Source of the DNA: the human T2T-CHM13v2.0 reference genome, Homo sapiens
NCBI RefSeq assembly: GCF_009914755.1
Contig: NC_060945.1
Reading direction: 5' to 3' (one strand)
DNA: 64,000 bases
A program made the translations under genes and the position numbers. The notes under the pieces were generated by a model. The model searched no databases. It worked only from the letters and a program-made list of their open reading frames with translations, and was not told the DNA's origin. This document shows, one piece after another, positions 31,634 through 46,375 of the stretch. The stretch's first letter is position 1, and every line of letters begins with the position of its first letter.

Positions 31634-31897
31634 GGCCGGGGGTGGTGGCTCATGCCTGTAATCCCAGCACTTTGGGAGGCAGAGGAGGGTGGATTGCATG
31701 AATCCAGGAGTTTGAGATCAGCCTTGGCAAATAAGGTGAAACCTCGTCTCTACAAAAAATACAAAACTTAGCTGGGCACAGTGGCATGTGTCTGTAGTCC
31801 CAGCTGAGCCTGGGAGGTCGAGGCTGCAGTGAGCTGAGATCGTGCCACTGTACACCAGCCTGGGCGACAGAGTGAGACGCTGTGTCAGAAAAAAAAA
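31634..31897 (+). mobile_element. AluJ with internal right-arm deletion
   Basis: TSD AAGAATAAAGTAGG; CCCAGCT joined directly to GAGCCTGGG. Confidence 0.92.
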
Positions 31898-32054
31898 AGA
31901 ATAAAGTAGGAAGAGCCAGTCTATCCAATTTCAAGATTTATTTTATAGCTATGGTAATCAAGAGAGTATATTATAAGGAGAGGGGTAGACACATAGATCA
32001 ATGGGAATAGAATAGATAACCCAGAAATAGACCCACACAAGTATGGTGTATGGA

Positions 32055-32459
32055 TTTTTTTTTTTTTAACTTTTAAATTCAGGAGTACAAGTGCAGGTTT
32101 ATTACATAGGTACACTTGTGTCATGGAGTTTTGTTGTACAGATTATTTCATCACGCACGAATTAAGCCTAGTACCCATTAGTTATTTTTCCTGATCCTCT
32201 CCTTCCTCCCAACCTCCATTCTCTGAAAGGCCCCAGTGTATGTTGTTCGCCTCTATATGTCCGTGTGTTCTCATCATTTAGCTCCCACTTACAAAAGTGA
32301 GAACATGCAGTATCTATCTGGTTTTCTGTTCCTGTGTTAGTTTGCTAAGGATAATGGCCTCCAGCTCCATCCATGTCCCCGCAAACATGATCTCATTCTT
32401 TTTTATGGCTGTATTCCATGGTGTATATGTACAAGAAAATGTGGTACATAAACAACATG
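32055..32459 (-). mobile_element. L1PA-type 3' end with a tiny 5' inversion
   Basis: Poly-T followed by reverse L1PA 3' UTR; ends in sense-oriented AAGAAAATGTGGTACATA. Confidence 0.85.
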
Positions 32460-33261
32460 ACTTATTGATTTTTGACAAAGATGCACAAGCAATTCAATGA
32501 ATGAAAGAAAGATCGTCATTTAGGTAAACAGTTTAAACAATTGGACATCGATAGGTACAAAAGTAAGGCTTGGTTTAAGACTCACAATTTATTTAAAAAT
32601 TAACTCAAAATGGATTGTGGCTTTAAATGTAAAATGTAAAACTGTAAAACTCTAAAACATTTAGAAAGAAATATAGGAGAAAGTCTTTGAAATCTAAGGC
32701 TACGCAGAGTATTCTTGGACTTGACACCAAAGGCACAATCCATAAATGGAAAAATTGGTAAACTGGACTTTGTCAAAATTAAAAACTTTCCCTCAGTGAA
32801 AGGCCCTGTTAAGAGGGTGAAAAGACAAGCTACACACAGGAAGAGAATATTTTAAAGCCACGTATCTGACAAATAACTAATGTACATGAAGTTAAAATCC
32901 TAGTATATTATGTATGTGTACATACATATGCGTATTTATATAAAGAACTCTCAAAACACACATAAGCAACTGAATTAGAAATGGATCAATGGTATAAAGA
33001 GACATTTCACTGAAGAGGATATTCAGATGGTAAATAAACACATGGAAAGGTGCTCATTAGCTTTTCTGGAAATTCACAGTGGGCTATCACAACACACCTA
33101 TCACAATGGCCAAAATAGAATAACACCACCAAATGCCTGCAATGATGTGGGGACACGGGGTCACTCACGTGTTGTTGTGGGAATGTAAAATGGTGCAGAC
33201 ACCCTGGAAAACAGTTATAAGAATTAATCCCTCTTAAAGAAATATCTATTCAAATTCAATT

Positions 33262-33629
<368 letters not shown>

Positions 33630-33789
33630 TAAGATCAGGTGAAATTAATATAGGAAATTTAAGAAGTTCAGATTAAGCTTTCTATGAGGAAGTAAATAAA
33701 CTACATGTACATAAATTAGAATATTATACTACTATTGTATTTATACTGTTACTAAATCCAAGAGAAGGCAGATTATCAAAGTGGTTTAA

Positions 33790-34069
33790 TTTTTTTTTGA
33801 GACAGAGTCTTGCTGTATTGCCCAGGCTGGAGTACAGTGGTGTGATCATTACTCACTGCAGCCTTGCACTCCTGTGCTCGATGGATCCTCCTGTCTCAGC
33901 ATCCCGTGTAGGTGGGATTATAGGCACATGCCACCTTGCCTGGCTAATTTTTTGCAGAGACAAGGTCTCACTATATTGCCTAATCTGACCTTGAACTCCT
34001 GGCCTCAAGTGATCCTCCTTGGCCTCCCAAAGTTCTGGGATCACAGGTGTAAGCCACCATATCTGGCCT
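33790..34069 (-). mobile_element. AluJ
   Basis: TSD CAAAGTGGTTTAATTTT/CAAAATGGTCTAATTTT. Confidence 0.9.
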
Positions 34070-34721
34070 CAAAATGGTCTAATTTTGAATGATTCATCTT
34101 GATTAAACATTGTTTAATTGTTTGAGAAATTTCTGTCTATACAGATATGTGTGTATAACTCTCTCTCTTTAAATTGTTAACAGTGGTGATTCAGCTGTGA
34201 CCCTTCTTATGACCTAAATATGATTAGCCAAGGCTATTAAATCAACTCTGGCTAAACCTTTCTTTTTGCTTTCAGAACTGCAGTCTCAATAAGAATGTTT
34301 TACTTAAAGGAACCAAAACATTTGAAGCATTAGGAGTTCATATTTTTTCCTTTTGGATTTATTCTATTTAAAATTTATATAAGTGCTTACAAGTCTGTAT
34401 AAAGCATTTATTACAAGAAACTTTGTAATCTGATGTGTTAATTTTCTTCTATTTAGTGTTAACTCTATCTATCTGAACTAGATAATTCTAGAGTTTGCAG
34501 ATAATGGTCATTGCAGAATTGAAAGACTTTCTTAAGGAGTGGTGGGGGTGGCGTTAACCATTTCAAGCTCAGCTGTTCTAGGCTGAGCACATCAGGGACA
34601 TAGAAGAATTTCCCTCTACAGCCCAAGTCCTGGGAAAGGTGGCAATTTTTCATCTTCTGACATATCACAGACACAACAAAAACAAACTGAGACTGGAACC
34701 TCAGAGGACAAAACTCTAGAG

Positions 34722-34858
34722 TGGATGTAGTATATACTGCTTGGGTGATGGGTACACCAAAATCTCACAAATCACCACTAAAGAACGTACTCATGTAACC
34801 GAACACCACCTGTTCCCCAATAACCAATGGAAATACAAAATTAAAAAAAAATAAAAAA
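34722..34858 (+). mobile_element. L1PB 3'-terminal fragment with A tail
   Basis: GGGTGATGGGTACACCAAAATCTCACAAATCACCACTAAAGAAC. Confidence 0.85.
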
Positions 34859-35215
34859 TGAAGTCTCACGGGAGACTACCGATCAGTTACAACACAAGGC
34901 ATGAGCTATGGTACTTGGACAGCTTAGCTTCAACAAAACAAATTGCAGTTTCAGTGAGAAATCCAGGAGCACTCTGAGCTCAGTTGCCTCTGCAAGGCAC
35001 CCAGGCTGCAGGAGAGTTGGAAGACCAAGCCTCAGCACTTGAGGGTTCCAGGAGCTGTGCCTTTCTGCTTTACAGGTTCCAGCTGGACAATCTCGGTGGA
35101 CTCACCAGACCGTCCAAGAATAAAACAAAGACCACCGGTGCTAAATAATACAAAGCCATCTTTATTATTTTGACAGGGAAAGGAACATATGCCAGTGAAG
35201 AAATTTGCTGAGTGG

Positions 35216-35925
35216 TGTAATGATTAATTTTATGTGTCTACTTGCCTAGGTCATGGTGCCCTGTTCTTTGTTTCAACAATATAAAGATATTTTTTAGATG
35301 TCATTAACATTTAGGTCAACAGATTTTGAGTTAAGCAGACTCCATAATGTGGGTGGGCCTCCTCCAATCAGCTGAAGGCCTTAAGAGAAAAAGACTGACC
35401 TCCCCTGAGCAAGAAGAAATTCTGCTGCCAGATTGCTTTTATTTACTTGTTTGTTTGTTTGTTTGTTTTTTGAGACAGGGTCTTGCTCTGTCCCCTAGGC
35501 TGGAGTGCAGTGGTGTGATCATGGCTCACTGGAGCCTCCTAACCTTCTGGGCTAAAGCGATCCTCCCACCTCAGTCCCCTGAGTAGCTGGGACTACAGGC
35601 ATGTGCCACCATGTCCAGCTAATTTTTAATTTTTTTGTAGAGCTGGGGTCTTGCTATGTTGCCCAGGCTGGTGTCAAACTCCTGAGCTCAAGTGACCTTC
35701 CCACCTTAGCCTTCCAAAGTGCTGGAATTACAGGCATGAGCCACCATGCCCGGCCCAGACTGCCTTTCAATACAACTCTTTCCTGGGTCTCTACTCTTGA
35801 TGGCCAACCCTGCAGATTTTGGACTTGCCAGCCCCTAAAACTGTGAATCAATCCTTAAAATCTGTCTCTCTCATTCTTTTCATAGCCTATTGTTTCTGTT
35901 TCTCTGGAGGACGTTGGATAATACA
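35216..35925 (+). mobile_element. MLT2-type ERVL LTR split by an AluJ (35438-35755, minus)
   Basis: TGTAATGATTAATTTTATGTGTC start, ATAATACA end; Alu TSD CAGA(T/C)TGC. Confidence 0.85.
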
Positions 35926-36548
35926 ACTAGTTTGCCAAATAGAAAACTCTGGGGGTTTTAACTGCTGGAATGGGGAAGTTCACAGTGATTATGCTAATTA
36001 AGCATTGACTTTTATCTTCTAGACAGGATGAAATTATTCCTTGGATCTTTATGCAGTCTGTCAAAATAATTCCCACTGCTCATTGTTCAGGAAATTGTCT
36101 TCTGTGAAGTCCAATGGGTTCTGACATCCCAGGTCTCAGATACTCGTACTGCAGCTAGTTGGAGCCAGCCGAGACAAAGCACAACATCCATTTTGATAAT
36201 GAGTTGGCAAGTGCTGCCGTCAGTGGGAAGATTTTCTTTCCTCTAATTTCCCATCAAGATTTTCTTCTGACTAATGTATACTCAGCATACATGAGTTCTC
36301 AATAAAAATTGTGTTTTCTTTTTTCTTTTAAGATTCAATAGCCATAAATTGCCACACCAAGGAAATAAGGCTAGAGCAAAAGGAAGGCAAGAAGTAAATA
36401 TTAAAGAAATGAAATAAGATTTTTCACCCTTTTCCCTCAGTGCACTGATGTATTTTAATGTCAGCCATGGCCAGAGACCTTTGAGGCATGAAGGGTTAGA
36501 ATTTGGGTCTTGTTCATACTTCCTGAATCCTCCATCGAGAAACCTGAG

Positions 36549-36943
36549 TGTTAGGGACTGACTTGTGCTCTCTGCCCCAAATTCTTATGTTGAAGCCTTA
36601 ACCCCCAATGTGACTGTATTTGGAGGTAGGGCTTATAAGGGGGTAATAAAATATAAATGAGATCAGAAAGATGAGACTCTAATCTAATAGGATTGGTGTC
36701 CCTAGAAGAAGAGGAAGAGGCATCAGAGACCTCTATCTCTTTCTGCTGTGTAAAAGGCCATGTGAAGACACAGCAAGAATGTGGCTGTCTGAAAGTCAGG
36801 AAGAGAGCCCTCGCTGGGAACCAAATTCGCCAGCACTTTGATCTTGGACTTTAGTCTTCAGAACTGTGAGAAAATAAATGCTTGTTGTTTAAGTCACCCA
36901 GCATGTGGAATTTTGCTATGGCAGCCCACGCAGACTAAGATGC
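36549..36943 (+). mobile_element. MLT1A-type LTR
   Basis: CCAAATTCTTATGTTGAAGCCTTAACCCCCAATGTGACTGTATTTGGAG...GCAGACTAAGA. Confidence 0.88.
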
Positions 36944-37187
36944 TGAGACAATCTCTCCTTTGGACCACTGATTGAGGGGAGTCAACTTGGCTTCTCTGAT
37001 CTAATAGTTTTGCTCAGTGGAAGGTGACACCAGGCCAAAGACACATTGACTCCATCCTTTACTTGTGTTTTCTTGTAAAATGTAGAGTCTGCCACGCCCT
37101 GGCTTTAAGTCTTTTGGGGTTTTCTCAGTGGCTGCATGATCACATTCTAATTCTTCAGAAAGTCATTCAAAAATCTTCACATTATGT

Positions 37188-37482
<295 letters not shown>

Positions 37483-37565
37483 GGCTTTCACATTAAAGCC
37501 CCAAGCTCCTTCTCTTCCCACATCACTTTCCACTCTATGTCCTCTGTCTTCTAGTACATGGGCCC

Positions 37566-37934
37566 TGTATTAATCCGTTTTCATGCCGCTATGAAGAAAT
37601 ACACAAGACTAGGTAATTTATAAAGGAAAGAGGTTTAATTGACTCATAGTTCTGGAGAGGCCTCAAGAAACTTACAATCATTGTGGAAGGGGAAGCAAAC
37701 TTGTCCTTCACTTGGCTGCAGGAAGGAGAGTCCTGAGCAAAAGGGGGAAAAGCTCCTTGCAAAACCTTCAGATCTCGTGAGAACTCACTCACTATCACAA
37801 GAACAGCATGAGGGTAACCGCCCCCATGATTTAATTACCTCCCACAAGGTCCCTCCCCCCAACACGTGGGGGTTACAATTCGGATTACAATTCAAGATGA
37901 GATTTGAATGGGGACACAGAGCCAGACCATATAA
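37566..37934 (-). mobile_element. THE1-type MaLR solo LTR
   Basis: 5-bp TSD GGCCC; GGTAATTTATAAAGGAAAGAGGTTTAATTGACTCA motif. Confidence 0.9.
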
Positions 37935-37941
37935 GGCCCTG

Positions 37942-38540
37942 TGTAGTTGGCAGAATAATGGTCCCCCAATATACCTGCCCTCTGATTCCTGACACCTGTG
38001 AATATGGCACATTACATGGCAAAAGGGACTTTGCAGGTAGAATTAAGGCTGCAGACCTTAAAATGGGGAGGTTAGCCTGGCTGATTCAGGTAGGTCCAAT
38101 ATACTCACATGCACTCTTAAAGATGAAAGAGGGAGGCAGACAAGCCATAGAGAATGGAAGAGGTGGGAGAGAGTCACAGTGCAAGAGGGACTTCCCGCGG
38201 GTGCTGGCTGTCAGGATGAGATGGGCCATGAACCAGGGAGGGCAGGCGGCCTCCAGAAGCTGAGGGCAGCCCCTGGCCAACAGCCAGCAAGGAAACAAGG
38301 ACTTCATTCCTACAACCCCACACAGCTGAATTCTGCCAGCAGCCCCAGTGAGCCTGGACGTGGATCCTCCACCAGAGCTCAGCACTGATGACATCTTGAT
38401 TTTGGCCTTGAGAGACGAAGCACAGAAGCCAGCAGAGCCCGTGAGATTTCTGACCTCCCCTAGGAAGTGTAAGATAATACGCTTGTATTGTTTTAAACTA
38501 TGTTAGTCGCAGTTTATTCCAGCAGCCACAGGAAACATTG
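37942..38540 (+). mobile_element. MLT1D/E-type LTR
   Basis: GGCAGAATAATGGTCCCC...ACATGGCAAAAGGGACTTTGCAG. Confidence 0.85.
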
Positions 38541-39669
38541 CCCCCGCACATGTCCTCATTTGCATGCTTTCTTGTGTGCTGCTGCTGCTGCTGGGAACAC
38601 CTGTTCTTTAGCTCGCCATTACGTTAAAATCTCACCTGTCCTGGAAGGCCCAGCTTCCACGGCCATCCCTGAGCAGCACTTCCCTGCCCTTAATGACAGA
38701 GCAGAATGAATCACATTCTTCTCTGTTCTTAGAGAATTTTGCTTCTATCTCAACAAAGTGCATGCGGTGAGTGGTTAGCATCTACGCGATGGTCGCCTTT
38801 TGCTGCACTCTGACCCTTGTCCCTAGCCCAGTGCCTGATAGTCTGCTGTCAATCAGATATTTATTGGGAGGCTATGTTGGTGCCACACAGATGTGTCGTA
38901 GGGGCTAGGTATACGGGGATGCCTAAATCAGACCCAGGGCCCTTCATTCTCTCATGGACCTTCTAGGCTACACATATTCAGTGCCTCATAAACATCTGCT
39001 AAGTTAATTGAACCGAGGCCTCCTAGAGACAAGGAAGCCACAGTCACCGGGAAGCAGGATTGGCCTGGTCTGTCAGGGCAGCCTCATATATATGCACACA
39101 CGAGTCTTCCTCCCACAGCATGGACCATCTGCCATCTGCGGGAAGCTGTGGGGCACCAGGAATGCTCATCGCAGGGTTGTATTTGGTTCAGCCACGATTT
39201 GCCTGGGGCGTAAGAGAGTGCTGCTTTCCCTTTTCTCCTCAAACTTCCTTTTTATAAGGTGACTGCAATGATATTTACACACATCGTTTCCAAAAGGCTT
39301 TTTTCACATTCGCCATGACATTTAACCTTATGATAAACCTAGGGTGCACACGCAAGTAAAGCGAAGAAAACATGCGATTGATTACAATTGTATAGCTGTT
39401 TTATTTAGTCTTTCCTGCTGAAAAGTCCCTAGTTTCAGGGCTAATGGGCTGGCCTTGTTCTTCAATGTAGCCATTTACAAGAAACAGCTGAAGCTAAGTT
39501 TTGCTTATGTTTGGAAATCAAGCAAGATCTACATCTCTTATGAGGCCTAACTGGCTTTGTCTGTGTTTGCTCAGTAGTGTACCCAACCACTTCTGGCTTG
39601 AAGCTGTTTGGACTGGGGTTTTAACAAATAAAATCTCAACTTTTATGGTGCCTCAGTTTACCATTTAAC

Positions 39670-39805
39670 AGAGGCCTCAGAAGAAATCCACCCTGCTGAC
39701 CCCTCGATTGCAGACTTCTAGCCTCCAGAACTGTGGGCAGATAAATGCCTGTTAGTGAAGCTGCCCAGTCTGTGGGTCTTATAGCAGCCCAAGCAAATGA
39801 ATCCA
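39670..39805 (+). mobile_element. MLT1 3' fragment
   Basis: GACTTCTAGCCTCCAGAACTGTG...ATAGCAGCCCAAGCAAA. Confidence 0.7.
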
Positions 39806-42800
39806 CTTACCTGTGGCCTTATTTAAGTTCCCTTCCATCCCTGGCCTCTCTGCCCCCAGTGTCTACTTTAATCTCTGTGACCAAGTCCCCATCTCCACGG
39901 TGCAAGTTGGGGGCCAGGCGGGCTCAGCTGGGCCTTGAGCTGGCATAGGGTAGCCCCAATGCTGAAGATTCACCAGTGATAAACACAGACACAGAGAGAC
40001 ATATGTCGGGCTGAGCTGGAAGCTGGATGGGAGAGTCAGGGGCTCAACGCCAGAGAAGAGGCAGGAAGGGTTTCCTGTGCAGCAGGGGTTGAGGGATGGA
40101 TAGAAGCCTCAGCATGTGGACAACAGACATGAATTAGAAGCTCCTGGAGCCTACAGGGAAAGAAGCTGAGGTTTCCAGCTGCTTGTTCCAGTGGTTACCT
40201 CTGTGTGCAGTGGACCTTGCTGGCCAGAGGTGAGGCAGCTGGGCTGGGAAACCTGGGAGGAGACTCCCCCAGCTGCGGTGACATCTTTCTTCATGCTCTT
40301 CAGAGTCATGATTCACACACTTCTCCCAATTCTTCTTCTGGGAGGCTTCTACAGTCTGGGACTGCTTCTTCTTAAGGACCTCCTGGATGCACCCTTTGTT
40401 TGTATCCCAGTGTCCAGCACTGTGCCAGACACAGTAACTTCCCTGTAGATGCAGGTTGAACCAAGGGATCAATTAGGAAATCAGTTTGCATCTGCCACTT
40501 GCCTTTCAGTTTTACGACTTTTATCTGCAAGGCACAATCGGTTTGGTGGAATGACTGGCCAAGATGGCAAAGCCAGGAGGAATTTGCAGCAGGGATTTTT
40601 ACCCTCATTTTGGATTTAGTGCGGTCAGGTAACCCGTGAGTGAGTCTGGAGGATGGCTGATAAAAATATTCTTGGTTCCAAAGTTTTCAAGAGCTCTGGA
40701 GGCAGGTCAGGCATGAAAACTGTGAAATGATGGCTTGTCCTGTAGAACTCTACAAGGAAGAATTGGCTGAGTAAATTATTGAATAGCAACTTTTTCTTTC
40801 ATTTCCTTTTTTTTTTTTAACCAGTGGGAAGCTGAACATCTCAGGACAGGTATTATTATCACTAAAAAAATAGACGTCATAAAATTTATAGTGCTTCATT
40901 TAGAGATTGGAAGATCTAGGCGTTAAGCCATTTTCTAATGCTGTAAAATAAGATTAATGATGTGTCTTTTTTAATGATCCCTTTTTTAAGATTAAAATCT
41001 TTGATGTGGAAAATGTTCATTGCTGTTGCTATTTCGAGGCCTGGATGAATTACCTTACCTTCTGTGTCTGTGACAGATCCCTGTGTCCACTGCAAAGTTC
41101 TACCTTCCCATTTATTGGGTTTCCTAGGTTTTCTAAATTTACTGATTTAACTCTAGTGGTTCAATTTATTCCAGAAATTTATTCACTAACTGCATGGCAC
41201 TGCGCTTTCTTACACAAGGGAGTTCTTTGATGGCTGACAGTGGAATTATTGTCAACCATCAATAGGAATACATGAACGTGTCCTGTTTATAGTTCTGTAG
41301 GTAGAACTTGGGTAATATGAGGGATCCTGACTTGTTTGCAAGAGGCTCCCAATGAGGTTGTATTGTTGAAATTTTAATTGTAATTTAGTGGATAAGCAAG
41401 AAATAATAGTTCAGAGGATCGTTTCCTAAAGTCCTTTCATTGTGACCAGGGATTAAAGTAAGTGGCAAAGTAAACAAAAATGCCACCCTCCAAATACGGA
41501 GCAACCCTCCCCACCCCAAACTACCCCCACCCTGGCTCCTGGAGCTTTATTGTGGCTGGAGGCTGCTGTCCCTGGCAGTGCTGCAGCCATAGATACTGCC
41601 TGTTCATGGGACAGACCTGTCTTGTGTCTCAGCACACAGCCTAATGTGCTACTCCTTCTGCAAATATCACTCTAGTTTCAACATAGCTCTTCTGTATTTT
41701 AACCCGAATGGCTGATGCTGGTTGTATTCAGCGATGGGAGAGAGCACCTAGAGAAAAAAAAAAAGAGCTGCTGCTTCTTCCTCTTTTCTCCCTCCTCAGC
41801 CAGCATGATGCAGAAGGTCAGCTCCTAGAGGAGGAGCAAGCAGGCCAGGACGGCTTCAGCACCCACTCTTGTGCGACTTAACACTTACATGGTAACACCA
41901 TGTGAAGTTCGCGGACGTAAAAACAAACGATATCGGGTCCTCTCCCCCAGATGCGATGAGCAGCATGCAGACCAAAGGACAGCGGTCCCCACAGTGCAGC
42001 GTGCTGTGTGCTCCTGCAGAAGGAGGGACAGACATGCCTGAGGATGAAGCCACTAACTGGGAGTGGGGAAGAGAGAGAACAGTGGCTGAACAGGAGTTTC
42101 CTAGGGACCTGCAGAAGGGAAGAGTGGGCAGGACAGAAATAAATAATGCCAGAGTTCTGTGTCACAAACGGTGGACTGTCAGCACGGCTGGTGGGAGGGG
42201 CCGTGCAGCACCCAGTCAGCAGCAAGGCTGGGCGGGCAGCTCAGGGCCAGACTATGAGTGGGCTTTCTAGTGTGTGTGGCTCTGGCCAGGCACAGTCATG
42301 GTTTTCAAGCAAGGATTTGATTTAAATAGATCAGATTCTTCTAACGTGGAGCTCAGGAGGGAGACCAGGCATGGGGTGGCTGCAAAGCACCTGCCAGAAA
42401 TGGTGAGGCCTGGGCTGGGGTGGAAGGGGGAGCTGGACCCAAAAGACACGCTTAGGGAGAAGTGACTGAGATTTGTGAGGGAGTGAGATCGGAGACCTGC
42501 AGCTTCTGACGGGAGTGTCGAGTGGACAGTGACACCGTGCACCCAGAAAGGCAGTGATAGAAGGTCCAGCGGGTTGGTGGGGAAGGTGGTGGAAAGGCCC
42601 TTGAGGCATCTGCCTGCCTTCTCTGCTTTTCACCCCTTGCCCTGCCCTTGTCAGTCTTGTGAGCCTTGGTGAGCACTGGGGAACTTCACCGGGAGGGGCA
42701 GAGCCATGGCCCCAGCTTGGAGGGGGTGCACAGGAGGAGTGTAGCCTGGAGAAGCCTGCCCGCGCCTCCTTCTGTGGGTGCCAGCAGTGGCTTGGGCTGG

Positions 42801-43956
42801 TGTTCCCCTGCTTGTGCATTCTATTAGCCTGTGCCAGTCCACGGGCCAGTGGCTGGGTCTCATCCGAGCAAGGAAATTTGGAGCTTCCCGCTTTCCTCTT
42901 GCTTTTCTTTAGACAAGGCATATGGTGAACGCAGTCCTTCCCCAGCTGCTTCTGGCGGGTGTGGCAAAGCACAAAGTGCGGAGATCTCCTGGTTCAGGGA
43001 GAGAGGGATCTGGTGCCTGAAAAACGTGACGTGAACACTTGGCTTTTCTTAAAACACTCCTCATTGCTTTCCTAGCATAGCAGTTATTTTCCGTCCTCTG
43101 GGCATTGGTGACAGTGTGGCCGCTCCACAGATGTCAAAAACTCAAGTTAATGCAAAGACTTTCACTTCTCAGGCTCCAAAGGCCTCAACAAGCTTCCCCT
43201 CATCTGTGTTCATGGACTTAAACTTCATGTTGTCAAATGAGTATTAGGTAATGGCAGAAATAACGCATGTATCACACATTTATGGATTTATTTCCCTTGC
43301 ATTTATTTTACTTTAGAACACCATGACCCAAAGCAGAGCTCTTGAAACTCTAGTCCTACAACACAATCTTTGAAAAATGGGTTTCATTTTCAGATGCTTG
43401 GGAAATATTGCATTCCCTATGCTCCTCTTGCACATCAATTGTCAGCTCACAATAAAGGCTCTGAGAAGGCCTGCATTATAAAACTGTGCAGACAGGGTCT
43501 CCCCAAGTTGTCACACGTGAGATCCCGGACTCTGTTTAGTGGTTTTTGGTTTTTTTCTAAATGCATTTTGAACAGCCAGGGTACAGACTTCCGTGAAGAC
43601 CACCCTAGAATGCACAAACCACACAAGCCTTTCTAAGTCATGTTGTTGAGTCTGTAAAAGAGGAGGAAATTTGGGAAATGGGCGGCAGGCTTTTCCTGGC
43701 CCTCAAGAGAAGAGCTCCCTCCTTTTTGCATCGATCTCCCTTTTCCATATTTACTTTGCCTCTAATTAATTTTTCTTATTGCTCTTCACCCTATTTCTTG
43801 GTGTTTTGCCTGAGATGAAAGTAGGATAATTAGTTCCTTATCTCTGTTTTAAAGGAATTTCATCTGGCTTCCAGCTCAGGGGCTAATTATGGCTTTATGG
43901 ATTTCCTTCTTTGAAATACATCTATGCTAAATACTGCCAGCTTCTCATTCACTTCA

Positions 43957-44355
<399 letters not shown>

Positions 44356-44459
44356 CTAAGTCAGCCCAAAAAGTGGGGGAGAAATTAGGTGCACTAACAA
44401 GGAATATGCGCATGTTATAACTTCAGGCTATTTCTGTTTGTCAGGAGATTGCTTTACCA

Positions 44460-44620
44460 GGGCCAATTATTTGGTTCCTCTGTGGCTCAGTTTTCTCATC
44501 TGTAAAATGGGAGAATAACAGCATCTACCTCACAAAATTGTAGTGAGAAAGAAATGTCAAACATTTAGAATAATGATTGGCACAGAACTTTAATAATAAT
44601 AACAACAATAATAATACATA
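44460..44620 (+). mobile_element. MIR
   Basis: CTCAGTTTTCTCATCTGTAAAATGGG. Confidence 0.8.
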
Positions 44621-44743
44621 ATGTTACTTCTAAAAAGATACTTAAATGAGTCTTTCGAAATTGACACCTAAGTCTTTTGCCCAGGCTTTACTCAATAAAA
44701 CCAATCATGATAAATCCTGGAAAATAGGGCCTTAACATCACAG

Positions 44744-45067
<324 letters not shown>

Positions 45068-46061
45068 AACATCACATGTTATTAATTCACCAAGCATTGC
45101 TAGCACTTTTGACTTTATTTTGGAGATCCGAAAATGCTTCTGGGCTGGACACTCAAATAGCAGAGTGAGCGACAGGTCCTGGGGGGAATTTGGAGGTCTG
45201 ATTCTGCTTCCCAGTCCGCCACTTCCTAGTGATGAGCTCCTGGGTCACTACCGAATGACCAGTGCTAACGTGCACTGAGGGCTTACTAGGTGCTGACCAA
45301 AGTTCAAAGCACCTTTCCTGCATCTCCATTGTGGACATGGGACAGTGAGGTGACAAGAGGTGCTCAGTCACCAACGAACCTCAATTTCATCTGTGAAATA
45401 ATAACACCTCCCACTCATCCCACCCAGTGGGATTATCACAAGCTTGAATGACATTGTCTAGAAAGTACTTTGAAAGCTGCAGCATTCTGGTGGATGAAGG
45501 TAGGAGGTCCTCAGATTTTCACTTAAAAGCTTCTGGTTGACGCGTGATTTCTCCCCTTTGCAGGAAGCTGACAAGAAGCACGTTGCTGAGTGATCCTGGG
45601 TTCCCATCCTCCGCACCCGTGCATCCACGCGTGGGCCCAGCCAGCAAGGAGAAGTCTAACAGGCAGGAGGAGGGGAGACACAAGGAGCCCCCGCAGTAAG
45701 TCACAAGAAGCTGCCTGCACTCTGACTTTCTTTGGCTTTCTCAGCATTTTGTACAGGGTTCCCTTGACTGATGTGGGGGTTAGAACTGGAAGGAAAGGTC
45801 CCTCTCCTCCCATCTGGAGGTGTTGAAGCAGCACTGGGCAGAGCCCAAGGTGGTACCTCTGGGGCTATGGCAGGACAGGGGTGTTCAGTGGGCTGGAAGC
45901 CCCCTTCCCCAACAAAACATCTCTGACCTGGCTGAAGACATTGGAGGTCCATACACGTTTCATTTGAAAAAGGAGTTTCTAACTCTTAAAAAGACAGAAA
46001 ATCACCAATGAAGTCCAACCCTTAGTGAGAATCAACTGACCTTTCCTCTGCACTCCATCAC

Positions 46062-46375
46062 ATTTTAATTTTTTTTTTAATTTTACTTTTTTTGGAGACA
46101 GGGTCTCGCTCAGTTGTCCAGGCTGGAGGGCAGTGGCATGATCACAGCTGATTGCAGCCTTGATCTCCTGGGCTCAAATGATCTCATCTCAGCCTCCCGA
46201 GTACCTGGGACCACAGGTGTGTGCCACCAAATAGGTGTGCAGCTAATTTTATTATTTTTATTTTTTCATAGATACGAGGTCTTGTTGTGTTGTTCAGGCT
46301 GGTCTCGAACTCCTGAGCTCAAGGAATCTTCCCACCTTGGCCTCTGAAAGCACTAGGATTGCAGGCACGAGACAT
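46062..46375 (-). mobile_element. AluJ
   Basis: Diverged reverse Alu. Confidence 0.88.

Larger units (their letters stand above)
27700..33215 (+). mobile_element. Long fragmented L1M (L1MB/MC-type): 5' region, ORF1, endonuclease and ORF2 C-terminus, with nested insertions
   Basis: EN-like peptide IDIYKTFHPTAAEY..F...H....KIDHIL (31034-31252); later IDQW-region and C-terminal motifs. Confidence 0.8.

Noticed and set aside
42331-42972. 213-aa minus-strand ORF
   Set aside because: Non-ATG start, no recognisable domain, GC-rich and partly L2-like sequence; consistent with chance
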